Counted from the first letter of the stretch, positions 9,808 through 20,892 are shown. The stretch is DNA of 64,000 bases from an uncultured Candidatus Saccharibacteria bacterium (GCA_964411375.1 CAYPKR010000001.1:168227-232226), one strand, 5' to 3'. The notes: generated by a model not told the origin, from the letters alone. Numbers and translations: made by a program.

Positions 9808-9836
9808 TTGCCTTTTTATAAGGGGCATAGTACAGT
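9808..9836 (+). promoter_or_regulatory. Sigma70-type promoter for rpsL-rpsG
   Basis: TTGCCT-17 bp-TACAGT. Confidence 0.6.
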
Positions 9837-9872
9837 ATCCGGCGTGGGCAATTCGCCCGTTTTTTATATCAA

Positions 9873-10283
9873 ATGGCAACCATCAATCAGCTGGTCAAAA
9901 AGAATCGCAAGAAAACCGCCCGCAAATCAAAGACGGTTGTTCTTGGACGTGGTTTTAATACACTTGAAAATCGCCCAACCTTTTACCCATCTCCATTCAA
10001 GCGCGGCGTCTGCACGAAAGTAACGACGAAGACTCCTCGCAAACCAAACTCTGCTATCCGAAAGATTGCTCGCGTTCGTCTTACGAACGGTATGGAAGTC
10101 ACTGCATACATTCCAGGAATGGGGCACAATTTGCAGGAACACTCAGTTGTACTTCTTCGCGGTGGCCGTGTGAAGGACATCGGAGTGCGCTACACTATCG
10201 TTCGCGGTAAACTCGATGCGACTGGTGTTGCCAACCGCAATACTTCTCGTTCAACCTACGGCGCAAAGCGTCCAAAGAAATAA
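9873..10283 (+). CDS. rpsL: 30S ribosomal protein uS12
   Basis: [30 protein letters not shown]. Confidence 0.99.
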   Translation: MATINQLVKKNRKKTARKSKTVVLGRGFNTLENRPTFYPSPFKRGVCTKVTTKTPRKPNSAIRKIARVRLTNGMEVTAYIPGMGHNLQEHSVVLLRGGRVKDIGVRYTIVRGKLDATGVANRNTSRSTYGAKRPKK

Positions 10284-10298
10284 TAATCATTTGTAGAT

Positions 10299-10763
10299 AT
10301 GCGACGTCCGCTCAAGAAAAAGAATACGATCATCCCTGATGCGACTTACGGTTCGGAAAAAATTTCGAAGTTCATCAATGTGCTCATGTGGGATGGTAAG
10401 AAAGTTGCCGCTCGCAAGGCAGTATATGGTGCGCTCGACATCATCAAAGAAAGCGGTGCTGATCCTCTGGAAACATTTGAAACTGCACTTCGCAATGTCG
10501 GTCCGTCAGTTGAAGTTCGCTCACGCCGCGTTGGAGGTGCCAACTACCAGGTTCCTCGCGAAGTTCGTCCTGAACGAAGAAATGCGCTCGCAATTCGTTG
10601 GATAATTGCAGCCGTTCGCGCAAAGAAGGGAACACCAACTGCAAAATCACTCGCCGAAGAACTTACACTTGCTGCACAAAACGAAGGTGTTGCGGTAAAG
10701 AAGAAGGAAGATACGCACAAGATGGCAGAATCCAACCGCGCATTCGCACACTTCGCGTGGTAA
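10299..10763 (+). CDS. rpsG: 30S ribosomal protein uS7
   Basis: VRSRRVGGANYQVP, HKMAESNRAFAH. Confidence 0.99.
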   Translation: MRRPLKKKNTIIPDATYGSEKISKFINVLMWDGKKVAARKAVYGALDIIKESGADPLETFETALRNVGPSVEVRSRRVGGANYQVPREVRPERRNALAIRWIIAAVRAKKGTPTAKSLAEELTLAAQNEGVAVKKKEDTHKMAESNRAFAHFAW

Positions 10764-10775
10764 TTTCAAAAAATT

Positions 10776-10818
10776 AAATCAAAACCAGCGCGGGCGAAGC
10801 CCGCGCTGGTTTTGATTT
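10776..10818 (+). terminator. Terminator after rpsG
   Basis: 20-bp perfect IR with a GAA loop, A/T flanks. Confidence 0.8.
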
Positions 10819-10873
10819 CAATATATAAAAAATAGAACGCCGGCCCGAACAAATCGGTACCGGCGCACAATCC

Positions 10874-11224
10874 CTAATTCCTTTTCAGCTTACTGGAGAT
10901 ATTTCCGAGTAGCTCTTCAACCGAGCGGAATCCATGCTCGGAAAGATCAACTTCCTCGTTGGTACACCACGCCTGACCAGTTTCATCGATAACCATTGTC
11001 ATCGCTGAATGAGGAAATCCGGGCACATTTATTCCTATAACACCGAACACCGGTTCTGGCGCTGTCGGGAACCGCTTTTCCTCGTCCGGGGGAATGACAG
11101 CCGGCTCCCCTCGGGTTCCATCTCTTGCGATGCGTGTGATGGTCAAGGGTTGGGTACGTCGTTCTACTTTTTGGAAGCCCATATCACGAAGGAAGCCGGC
11201 AAACTCGCTCTCTTTCGTTGGCAT
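10874..11224 (-). CDS. Hypothetical protein inserted between rpsG and fusA
   Basis: 116-aa ORF with GAGGTG SD. Confidence 0.65.
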   Translation of the reverse strand: MPTKESEFAGFLRDMGFQKVERRTQPLTITRIARDGTRGEPAVIPPDEEKRFPTAPEPVFGVIGINVPGFPHSAMTMVIDETGQAWCTNEEVDLSEHGFRSVEELLGNISSKLKRN

Positions 11225-11275
11225 TGAACACCTCTACCACCTGTTTCGCAGAGATCGTACCAAGCATCCTCCATG

Positions 11276-11304
11276 TTGTCTATTTTCAAAAAATACCGTA
11301 TAGT
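11276..11304 (+). promoter_or_regulatory. Promoter for fusA
   Basis: TTGTCT-17 bp-TATAGT. Confidence 0.65.
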
Positions 11305-11370
11305 CCTCTCTACTAGCGCCACGCGCATTTTTATTTATCAAATAGCAGTTCGCCAATTATCATTATCTGT

Positions 11371-13521
11371 ATGGAAAGAGACTATCCACTAGACCGAGTA
11401 CGAAACTTCGGAATCATCGCCCACATCGACGCCGGAAAGACCACCACGTCTGAGCGCATTTTGTACTACACGGGTGAGTCTCATAAAATCGGCGAAGTGC
11501 ACGAAGGTGAAACCGTCACTGACTGGATGGAGCAGGAAAGAGAGCGCGGTATCACTATTACTGCTGCGGCAATTACCTGTTTCTGGACGAAGACGGACGT
11601 GGACGCAACTAATAAGGCGAACAAGCATCGCTTCAATATCATCGACACGCCGGGACACATCGACTTTACCGTTGAAGTGAAGCGCTCCCTTCGCGTTCTC
11701 GACGGCGCGGTTGTCGTATTCGACGGCGTTGCCGGCGTTGAGCCGCAGTCTGAAACAAACTGGCGCTACGCAGACGAAGCAAAAGTGCCACGCGTCTGTT
11801 TCATCAACAAGCTCGACCGAACCGGCGCATCATTCGAGCGCTCGTATCAGTCGATTCTCGATCGCCTCAACAAGAAAGCAGTTCGCATGCAGATTCCAAT
11901 CGGTGCAGAGGATCAGTTTGAAGGCGTCATCGACCTTCTCAAAATGAAGGCGTTCAAAAACGAAGGTGAGCTCGGCAAGAACGTTGTTGAATTTGAAATT
12001 CCTGAACACATGAAAGCAGAGGCGGAGAAATATCGCGCCGAACTCATTGAGCGAATCGTTGAACACGACGATGCGCAGATGAATGCATACCTCGAAGGGA
12101 AGGAGCCAACGATCGACGAGCTCAAAAAAACACTTCGCAAAGCAGTTATCGCCAATGATATTTTCCCGGTCTACACTGGTTCGGCTCTCAAAAACAAAGG
12201 CGTGCAGCTCGTGCTCGACGCGGTTGTTGATTATCTTCCGTCTCCTCTCGACATGCCGCCGGTTACCGGAATCAATCCAAAAGATGGAAGTCCAATCGAG
12301 CGCCATGCGTCAGATTCAGAACCATTTTCAGCGCTCGCATTCAAACTCCAAGCTGATCCATTCGTGGGACAACTTACATTCTTCCGCGTCTATTCCGGAT
12401 CGATTGAATCGGGTTCATATATTTACAACTCAACAACGGGCGACAAAGAACGACTCGGACGCATCGTACGCCTTCAAGCAAATGATCGCGAAGAAGTGAA
12501 GAAAGTATTTGCCGGAGAAATCGCAGCGGCAGTTGGTCTCAAAAATACCAAGACTTCGCACACACTTTGTGACGAAAACAATCCAATCATTCTCGAAGAG
12601 ATTGTCTTCCCAGAGCCGGTTGTGTCTCTCCGTATCGAACCGAAAACAAAAGCCGATCAGGAAAAAATGGGTATCGCGCTCAAGAAACTTTCTGACGAAG
12701 ACCCAACGTTCCGCGTTTCTTCTGATACTGAAACAATGGAAACGATCATCGCCGGAATGGGTGAACTTCATCTCGAAATTCTCGTTGATCGCATGAAGCG
12801 TGAATTCAATGTCGAAGCAAACGTCGGTAAGCCACAGGTTGCATACCGCGAAACAATTCAGCGCGAAGCAGAAGCAGAACACAAATACATTAAGCAAACG
12901 GGAGGTCGCGGTCAGTACGGTCACGTGAAGATCCGCATCAAACCGCTCGAACCGGAAGAGGAAGGAAAGAAGCGTCCAAACAACGTGAAGCGCGAAGATC
13001 ACTTCGAATTCATCAACAACATCAAGGGAGGTGTTATTCCACAGGAATATATTCCCGCAGTTGAAAAGGGCGTTAAAGAAGCGATGGAGCGCGGTATCGT
13101 TGCCGGCTACAAACTCGAAGATGTTTCCTGCGAACTTTTCGACGGTTCATACCACGATGTCGACTCATCTGAAATCGCCTTCAAGATCGCTGGTTCGCAA
13201 GCATTCCAAGATGCAGCAAAGAAAGCAGGCGCGGTCATTCTCGAACCAATCATGCGCGTTGAAGTTGTTATGCCAGAAAAATTCATGGGTGACGTAAACG
13301 GCAACCTTTCATCGAAGCGTGGACAGATCGAAGGAATGGAAGATCGCGGAATGCTCAAAGTCATCAAGGCAAAAGTACCGCTTTCTGAAATGTTCGGATA
13401 CACGACCGCACTTCGCTCGATGACTGAAGGCCGCGGATCGATGACAATGGAATTCGACCACTACGAAGTCGTTCCACGAAATGTGTCTGACACGATTGTT
13501 GCAGCAAGAGGAGGAAAATAA
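11371..13521 (+). CDS. fusA: Elongation factor G
   Basis: [30 protein letters not shown]. Confidence 0.99.
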   Translation: MERDYPLDRVRNFGIIAHIDAGKTTTSERILYYTGESHKIGEVHEGETVTDWMEQERERGITITAAAITCFWTKTDVDATNKANKHRFNIIDTPGHIDFTVEVKRSLRVLDGAVVVFDGVAGVEPQSETNWRYADEAKVPRVCFINKLDRTGASFERSYQSILDRLNKKAVRMQIPIGAEDQFEGVIDLLKMKAFKNEGELGKNVVEFEIPEHMKAEAEKYRAELIERIVEHDDAQMNAYLEGKEPTIDELKKTLRKAVIANDIFPVYTGSALKNKGVQLVLDAVVDYLPSPLDMPPVTGINPKDGSPIERHASDSEPFSALAFKLQADPFVGQLTFFRVYSGSIESGSYIYNSTTGDKERLGRIVRLQANDREEVKKVFAGEIAAAVGLKNTKTSHTLCDENNPIILEEIVFPEPVVSLRIEPKTKADQEKMGIALKKLSDEDPTFRVSSDTETMETIIAGMGELHLEILVDRMKREFNVEANVGKPQVAYRETIQREAEAEHKYIKQTGGRGQYGHVKIRIKPLEPEEEGKKRPNNVKREDHFEFINNIKGGVIPQEYIPAVEKGVKEAMERGIVAGYKLEDVSCELFDGSYHDVDSSEIAFKIAGSQAFQDAAKKAGAVILEPIMRVEVVMPEKFMGDVNGNLSSKRGQIEGMEDRGMLKVIKAKVPLSEMFGYTTALRSMTEGRGSMTMEFDHYEVVPRNVSDTIVAARGGK

Positions 13522-13540
13522 TTAGGCTCTCAAAAATAAA

Positions 13541-13579
13541 AACAAATCAGCCGCAGGCTTCGCCTGCGGCTGATTTGTT
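13541..13579 (+). terminator. Terminator after fusA
   Basis: 18-bp perfect IR with a TTC loop; its 3' end overlaps the TTGACA of the next promoter. Confidence 0.8.
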
Positions 13580-13650
13580 GACACTCCCTGCCGATCGGCG
13601 CATGATCGTTTTCGGAATCAAACCAGTGCCCTGAATGGAGGGAAGCAAGC

Positions 13651-14394
13651 GTGCCTCAACAAAATCACTACTGCTTTACCGTCGAGTATCGCTCTGGCGG
13701 GTCGCCCACAAAAAGGCGCGGAATCAAGGTGATATCGAATGGATCAGGAGGACGTCGTATTGAAAGCTTCCCGAATGTGAGATGCATCGCAAATACGACT
13801 GACGATGGATTGATATTGCGCGGTACATTTACTCCGCAATCACGAGATGTCTTTCGAATTTCGAATCCTCTCGGTCCCGACACTGATCTACCGGTTATGT
13901 TCACGCTTCTTTTTGCGAGTGGAGTGTCTGAGGGCAATACGGAGGCAAGAAAGGGACAGGGAGTATGGTCCGAACTTAATTTCGACCCAGGAATGCGGGC
14001 CGAATTCGCTCGAAATGTACCAATGATTAGCTATTCATCTCGTCGCTATACCAGGTCGACGATCGATGGTCGACGGTGCGGGAAAATCCGTAGGATACCC
14101 ACACACGAACTCGTCACCCTAGCTGCTTCCAAAGAACTTTTTCTTGTGGATGTCGACAATGTTGTTTGGCGCGCTAAGTATAATGTTGCCACCGAAGATT
14201 TGGAGATTACGCCCGTAGAATTGCCTACAATTTTTCGGGAACTCGATAAGTTCCTTCAGGTGAGAGATCTTGCCGGGCCAGAATGCGATTGGGCTTCGCA
14301 TAACATCGCCACAATCAATCGTCACAAACCTCGTCTCCCCAGTATTCAACGACGTGGGGGCAGGATAATCGTAGAACATTTCTCAAGACGGTAA
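13651..14394 (+). CDS. Hypothetical protein
   Basis: 247-aa GTG-start ORF, GGAGG SD, TTGACA-17-CATGAT promoter, hairpin after the stop. Confidence 0.65.
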   Translation: MPQQNHYCFTVEYRSGGSPTKRRGIKVISNGSGGRRIESFPNVRCIANTTDDGLILRGTFTPQSRDVFRISNPLGPDTDLPVMFTLLFASGVSEGNTEARKGQGVWSELNFDPGMRAEFARNVPMISYSSRRYTRSTIDGRRCGKIRRIPTHELVTLAASKELFLVDVDNVVWRAKYNVATEDLEITPVELPTIFRELDKFLQVRDLAGPECDWASHNIATINRHKPRLPSIQRRGGRIIVEHFSRR

Positions 14395-14482
14395 CTGTGT
14401 CTTCCCGCCGAGCTTTGCTCGGCGGTTCACTTTTTATATACAAAATCAATTCGGCCGCCTCGTGAGAGGCGGCCGACCCAGA

Positions 14483-14839
14483 TCAAGTGCCTGTATTGTT
14501 TGGACTTCTCCAAACATATCCGGCCGCTATATAGAGAGCTGCGGCGGGAATGAGCATTTTCGACGTTAATAGAAGGAAAAATACACATGCCGTCGCGATG
14601 TTGAAACCGAACGCGGCGAGAACAATGTGGTTTCTCGCAGAGCCGCCCTCACGTGCTGCACGCCCCATAGCCCACGCCCACGGTACCACCATGAAAAGTA
14701 ATCCCCCCATGCTCCATGCATAGAGCGACCACTCAAAAGGCAGCCATCTTGAGAAAAATGCTGCCCAGCACGTGATGCCAATTACCAGGCACAGAATTGC
14801 GAGAATGTACGGCAGATCCTCTTTCTTGGCCACGTCCAA
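14483..14839 (-). CDS. Hypothetical membrane protein (about 4 TM)
   Basis: TTG start after AAGGGAG; hydrophobic helices. Confidence 0.65.
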   Translation of the reverse strand: MDVAKKEDLPYILAILCLVIGITCWAAFFSRWLPFEWSLYAWSMGGLLFMVVPWAWAMGRAAREGGSARNHIVLAAFGFNIATACVFFLLLTSKMLIPAAALYIAAGYVWRSPNNTGT

Positions 14840-14994
14840 TCAACTCCCTTGCTAGCGTTCGCCAAGTACCAGTGAAGCATACCGAGATAATTCCGTACAA
14901 TGATTCGTATCGGTTCTGACACGCATCCCCACCCTATCCACAAGGTATCCCCGAAAATCGGATACTGGATAATTCCACCCCCGAGGCATATTTA

Positions 14995-15023
14995 TTGACG
15001 GTTTAGTCACTTTCCGATATTAT
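14995..15023 (+). promoter_or_regulatory. Promoter for tuf-rpsJ
   Basis: TTGACG-17 bp-TATTAT followed by a ~150-nt structured leader. Confidence 0.7.
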
Positions 15024-15176
15024 CTCGCTACCGCATATTTTTGCGTCTTTTTTGTCATGGTGGTCACCGTGACGGGAAGAACAGACGAATTTTATTAATA
15101 GCAGTTCATTCCGGTATCGTCTCGAGTTGAGCCCATTCTCGCGCGCTCATACGGGACGCTACCGTTACACAAACAT

Positions 15177-16385
<1,209 letters not shown>

Positions 16386-16422
16386 ATTCAATCCTTAACG
16401 TAAGCCCTTTTACAAAACAATC

Positions 16423-16809
16423 ATGGCAACGAAAGAAACGACCAAAGCTCCGGCAAAACGAAAAGCCGCACCAAAGGTGGCGAAAGCTACCGCAGGAGGT
16501 GAAGTGTCAAAACTTCGCATCCGCGTGCGCGCCTATGAGCACAAATTGCTCGATGCATCTGTAAAGCAGATCATCGACACCGCGCTTCGCTTTGATGCCA
16601 CGATTGTGGGCCCGATTCCACTTCCGACTGAAATCAAGAAGTACACGGTGAACCGCGCGGCGTTCATTCACAAAGATGCGCGAGAACAATTTGAAATGCG
16701 CGTTCATAAGCGACTCATCGACATCTTGAATCCAAGTCCTAAAGTGATCGAATCTCTGACAAATCTCACACTTCCATCTGGCGTCAACATCGACGTAAAG
16801 ATGGTCTAG
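16423..16809 (+). CDS. rpsJ: 30S ribosomal protein uS10 with a Lys/Ala-rich N-terminal extension
   Basis: GPIPLPT, REQFEMRVHKRLIDI. Confidence 0.98.
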   Translation: MATKETTKAPAKRKAAPKVAKATAGGEVSKLRIRVRAYEHKLLDASVKQIIDTALRFDATIVGPIPLPTEIKKYTVNRAAFIHKDAREQFEMRVHKRLIDILNPSPKVIESLTNLTLPSGVNIDVKMV

Positions 16810-16907
16810 AGAAAAAATCAAAACAAAAATCCGGCCTCCGCCGGATTTTTGTTTTGAGAAATATAAAGAGAAATTCGCCGCAGGTCGAAGACCTGCGGCG
16901 ACATACA

Positions 16908-17531
16908 TCACGCCCTCTGGGGCCGGAATGGTTCCCGATTGTCGGGACGGTTCAAGACATATATCAAAAGAGCGAGAAGCAGAGCAAGACCCATCAAGAC
17001 AGAGCCTATGACGGGGGCAACTTGCCCGCGACGCTCTCCGTCCGAGTAGAAATCGAAGGTAAGATTTTCTCGGTCGAGGTGCACTTTCCCGACGTAACTG
17101 AAAAACATGTAGTCGGGTAGTAACGCCTTGGCGCTGATGTAGGTCGACATATTACCGGGCAACGTGACCAAGGAAACGTAGGTCACGGTCAGACGGCGAT
17201 TTTTTTCCACGCCATCGTTCGTGAGATCTACTGGACCATCAGTCCACCCATCCCAAAGAACCACAAACGACGGGACACCGTTTCCGACCCTTCGCTCAAA
17301 CTCCGCAGACGAAACTTCTACCGAGGGCGTGCCGTCTTTGAAAGAGAGCGCGCCGAGGACAGTCGATCTATCCGGTTTCCAGAGTTGTACATGTACTGGA
17401 TCTGGTACGGCACTTACGAGCCATGTGATAGCCATTGCTGCACCGAGTGCGAATATGAGTCCCGCCCATCGATAGGTTTCCCAGACGTACTTCAAGAAAT
17501 GCCGAATGGGTCTCCACTTAAACGTCATCAT
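16908..17531 (-). CDS. Hypothetical membrane protein (2 TM)
   Basis: GAAAGGA SD before ATG 17531; TM segments near both ends; hairpin 16875-16901 after the stop. Confidence 0.7.
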   Translation of the reverse strand: MMTFKWRPIRHFLKYVWETYRWAGLIFALGAAMAITWLVSAVPDPVHVQLWKPDRSTVLGALSFKDGTPSVEVSSAEFERRVGNGVPSFVVLWDGWTDGPVDLTNDGVEKNRRLTVTYVSLVTLPGNMSTYISAKALLPDYMFFSYVGKVHLDRENLTFDFYSDGERRGQVAPVIGSVLMGLALLLALLIYVLNRPDNREPFRPQRA

Positions 17532-17639
17532 TTCAATTCCTTTCCGGAAGTTGAACCCACGCCACCGTACCATTCACTCTATTTATTGTAAATAAATTCC
17601 TTCAGGAATACTTCATGAACAAAAAGGTACAATCGCCAG

Positions 17640-18104
17640 GTGCCTAAAAAACAAAAGAAGGCGATTTTTACGTTCTTTGCACCGCTTATTCTTACAATCA
17701 TCCGCTTCTATTACTATCTCTTTCGTCCACTCGGCGACAGCGTAAAGATCGTGATTCGCCACAATGGAAAAGTGCTGCTTATCCGCAATTCGTATGGCAT
17801 AAAGTTTTGGACGCTTCCGGGCGGGGGAGTGAAGAAAGGAGAAACGCTTGAAGAAGCGGCAATCCGCGAAACAAAAGAGGAAGTCGGAATTGAACTCTCC
17901 CCAAAGGATCTCAAACTCCGCGGCAGTGTCCGCTACTTTGCCGACTATCGCCGCACAACCGTGTGGGTATTTAAAGCTGAAGTAAAAAATCCAGGAATCT
18001 ACTTAGGCGGCGTCGAAATCGACGAAGCAAAATGGTTTGCTCCGAAAGCAATTCCGTTTATGCGCTCGCATCTTCTCACCAGATTTCTCCAGTTGGCGAA
18101 ATAA
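17640..18104 (+). CDS. NUDIX hydrolase
   Basis: Nudix box GGVKKGETLEEAAIRETKEEVG. Confidence 0.95.
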   Translation: MPKKQKKAIFTFFAPLILTIIRFYYYLFRPLGDSVKIVIRHNGKVLLIRNSYGIKFWTLPGGGVKKGETLEEAAIRETKEEVGIELSPKDLKLRGSVRYFADYRRTTVWVFKAEVKNPGIYLGGVEIDEAKWFAPKAIPFMRSHLLTRFLQLAK

Positions 18105-18131
18105 TAGAAGTAGGAGTAGTATTTTCCTGCC

Positions 18132-19181
18132 ATGAAGAAAATCACCACAACAAAGATCGGCCGTGATTTTGCTGAATCGAATTTTGTTTTACTACACGAA
18201 ACTCCTGAAACGCTCCTTTTCTTCAAACCCGAAATTCATCCCGGGGGAGTCAGGGGGTATTTAGTAAGATTCAAAAAAGAGCGAAGCAAAGATTGGAGTC
18301 AGTTGGGGCCTTCCGACTTTGAAAAGGTAACTCTCTCTCCGAATACAAAAATTGAGCTGGACATGCATACAGAGGCGATTACCCGTTTGTGCCAGACAAT
18401 TGAGGAACATTCTAAAATCATCGAACAGGGAATTAAAAGTGGTCGAAAGGAATATGTGGTCGCAGAAAAAGAGAAAGTCATCATAGTCGATGATGCAACA
18501 AAAAAAGTAATTTTCGAAAAAATTCTACAAAAAGGATATACAGAGGAATTTTGGGATCTTCTCGAAAAAAGCGAACCAGAACTGGCAACCCATCTTTCTG
18601 TCGGACACCTCTATTCCGAGAAAATAAAAATCCTGGAAGAATTATCCTATCGGCTTCAAGGTAATTACTCGGAAACAACCGGCTCGGATTCTTGGCAACG
18701 ATGGATTTATAAAAATAATTGGCTCTTCGGTACCAATTACATTCAGGTAATAGAGAAGACAAAAATTAGTCTTGCGGGAAGTATGCCGGACTACCTCTTC
18801 CTCACCGCAGATAGTTTCGCCGATATTCTCGAAATCAAATTACCAGAAGAAGAGGTTATTGTTGAAGATAAAGGTCATGCAGGTGCATACAAATGGTGCC
18901 CTAAAACCAATGAAGCAATTGGGCAGGTGGTGAACTATCTTGCAGCTATCGACAGACTTCAAACTGAGTTAGAAAAAGAGATTCGCAGAGTATATGGATT
19001 CAGCGTGTCATTCGTCAAACCGCGAGGTTTTATTCTTGTCGGAAGAAAAGATGGTTGGAACGAGTTTAAAAAGGAGGCACTCCGCAATCTAAATTACTCG
19101 TTACACGGTATCGAAGTATTAACGTATACAGATTTAATGCAGCGGGGGAATGAGATAGCGAAGATGTATAAGACTACTTGA
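18132..19181 (+). CDS. sduA: Shedu anti-phage nuclease (DUF4263, PD-(D/E)xK)
   Basis: C-terminal WQRWI..N.WLFG, PDYL, ILEIKLP, AIGQVVNYL, KPRGFILVGR, IEVLTY motifs match DUF4263; unrelated N-terminal half. Confidence 0.85.
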   Translation: MKKITTTKIGRDFAESNFVLLHETPETLLFFKPEIHPGGVRGYLVRFKKERSKDWSQLGPSDFEKVTLSPNTKIELDMHTEAITRLCQTIEEHSKIIEQGIKSGRKEYVVAEKEKVIIVDDATKKVIFEKILQKGYTEEFWDLLEKSEPELATHLSVGHLYSEKIKILEELSYRLQGNYSETTGSDSWQRWIYKNNWLFGTNYIQVIEKTKISLAGSMPDYLFLTADSFADILEIKLPEEEVIVEDKGHAGAYKWCPKTNEAIGQVVNYLAAIDRLQTELEKEIRRVYGFSVSFVKPRGFILVGRKDGWNEFKKEALRNLNYSLHGIEVLTYTDLMQRGNEIAKMYKTT

Positions 19182-19190
19182 TACTTTGTT

Positions 19191-19371
19191 CGAAGCCTAC
19201 CACCGCAGTTGCATCTTTTTGACCCTTCCGGTATATTCCTTTGCGGAACGGTGCTTCCATTGGTCCTTTCAGGTTCGAGCGAGCTTGGCCGTGAGACGGG
19301 CCTGGTTGTCCAGTGAGGCTCCCTATTCCGCCCCTCGGCGACGCTAACGCGCGCTGAGGGGTCTTACTTTC
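19191..19371 (+). ncRNA. Candidate structured ncRNA of unknown family
   Basis: Extended -10 (TG-A-TACTTT) over the Shedu stop; closing stem AGCCT..CAC/GTGAGGCT; internal hairpins; terminal hairpin CCCCTCGGCG/CGCTGAGGGG plus T-rich tail. Strand not certain. Confidence 0.5.
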
Positions 19372-19400
19372 TTGCACAAAATCCGCTCTTCCTGTATAGT
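19372..19400 (+). promoter_or_regulatory. Promoter for rplC-rplB
   Basis: TTGCAC-17 bp-TATAGT, then a three-hairpin leader. Confidence 0.7.
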
Positions 19401-19506
19401 CCTATCACTTCCAGTTTCGGAAGACGCCACGTCCCCATAGGGACCAATGGACAGAACGCCTCAAGGGCTTCGTCCTTGGAGGCATTTTTCATACCAAAAC
19501 TTCCAA

Positions 19507-20127
19507 ATGAAATTCATCCTTGGAACAAAAGAAGAAATGACCCAGATCTTCGATGAGAAGGGCGTTGTGCATGCGGGCACTATCGTGAACGCAGGTCCGG
19601 TTGTTGTGACCCAAGTTAAGACGGCAGATAAGGATGGCTATGAGTCAGTCCAGGTTGGCTTCGGTCTCCGCAAGGAAACCCGCACCAACAAGGCGATGAA
19701 AGGTCACCTCAAGGATCTTGAACTCTTCCGTACTCTCAAGGAATTCCGCGGCGCAGACAGCGCCCTCTCTCGTGGCGACAAAATCGACGTTTCTATATTC
19801 AAAGCAGGCGATGTTATCGAAGTTTCTGCTACTTCAAAGGGTAAGGGCTTCCAGGGAGTCGTGAAGCGCCATGGTTTTTCTGGCGGTCCGCGCTCACACG
19901 GTCAGAAGCACTCTGAACGCGAGCCGGGTTCTATCGGCGGTGCTGCACGTGCCGGCGGTCGTGTTGCAAAAGGTATGCGCATGGGTGGCCGCATGGGATC
20001 AGATCGTGTAACGGTCAAGAATCTCAAGGTGCTTCATGTTGATGCAGAAAAAGGACTTCTTATTGTTTCCGGTGCGGTTCCTGGTCGTCGCGGCACCTTG
20101 GTTGAAATCGTCTCGAACAATAAATAA
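19507..20127 (+). CDS. rplC: 50S ribosomal protein uL3
   Basis: ILGTKEEMTQIF, SKGKGFQGVVKRHGF, GRMG. Confidence 0.98.
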   Translation: MKFILGTKEEMTQIFDEKGVVHAGTIVNAGPVVVTQVKTADKDGYESVQVGFGLRKETRTNKAMKGHLKDLELFRTLKEFRGADSALSRGDKIDVSIFKAGDVIEVSATSKGKGFQGVVKRHGFSGGPRSHGQKHSEREPGSIGGAARAGGRVAKGMRMGGRMGSDRVTVKNLKVLHVDAEKGLLIVSGAVPGRRGTLVEIVSNNK

Positions 20128-20132
20128 ACACC

Positions 20133-20891
20133 ATGGAAACTTCTATCTATACCGTAGACGGCAAGAAGGCAGGAAGCATCACTCTTCCAGAGTCTCTCTT
20201 TGGTGCAAAGTGGAATCCTGATTTGGTACACCAAGTAACGGTTGCTGAAGCAGCAAACATCCGCAATACGGTTGCTCACACTAAGGGACGTGGCGATGTT
20301 CGCGGCGGTGGTAAAAAGCCATGGCAGCAGAAGGGAACTGGTCGCGCACGCGTTGGTTCATCACGCTCACCACTGTGGCGCGGCGGAGGTACCACTCATG
20401 GACCAACAAGCGATCGAGTTTTTGAGCAGAAGATCAACAAGAAAATGAAAGTGCGCGCGCTCGCGAGCGTTCTCTCAAAGAAACTTGTTGACAACGAAAT
20501 CATTTTCGTCGACACGATGAGCTTTAGCGCGCCAAAAGCCTCAAAAGCAAAAGAAATGCTCGGCACTCTTTCAAAAGTATCTGGCTTCGAAAAACTTTCG
20601 ACCAAGAAAACAAATGCCGCACTCATTGGTTTCCCAACGAATGACATACATGCAAAGAAGAGTTTCCGCAATTTTGGAAACATTACCGTTACTGAAGTAC
20701 GTAACTGGACTGCAGGTGCACTTCTCAAAGCGAAGTTTGTGATCATGGTTCAGCCAACGGATTCACTCAAGACCTTGTCTTCTCGAATGGGTGAAGAAGT
20801 TGCGGTAGTAAAGGTTCCGTCTCCGAAGAAGCGCGCACCGGTTCCGGCGAAAGTAGCAAAGAAAGCTGCGCCTAAGAAGTCTGCAAAATAA
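20133..20891 (+). CDS. rplD: 50S ribosomal protein uL4
   Basis: GGGKKPWQQKGTGRAR.GS.RSPLWRGGG; Lys/Ala tail. Confidence 0.98.
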   Translation: METSIYTVDGKKAGSITLPESLFGAKWNPDLVHQVTVAEAANIRNTVAHTKGRGDVRGGGKKPWQQKGTGRARVGSSRSPLWRGGGTTHGPTSDRVFEQKINKKMKVRALASVLSKKLVDNEIIFVDTMSFSAPKASKAKEMLGTLSKVSGFEKLSTKKTNAALIGFPTNDIHAKKSFRNFGNITVTEVRNWTAGALLKAKFVIMVQPTDSLKTLSSRMGEEVAVVKVPSPKKRAPVPAKVAKKAAPKKSAK

Positions 20892-20892
20892 T

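Noticed and set aside
14881-15023. Replication origin at the DnaA-box-like array
   Set aside because: Boxes are few and weak, there is no clear AT-rich unwinding element, and no dnaA or dnaN is nearby.
19240-19330. SRP RNA or cobalamin riboswitch call
   Set aside because: Only fragments match (AGG..CC..GGAAGCA without a GNRA loop; AATAGGGA and GCAACTG without the other conserved elements).
19174-19377. 67-aa minus-strand ORF over the candidate RNA
   Set aside because: No SD or recognisable motif; it overlaps the Shedu stop and the rplC -35. Base-pairing explains the region better.
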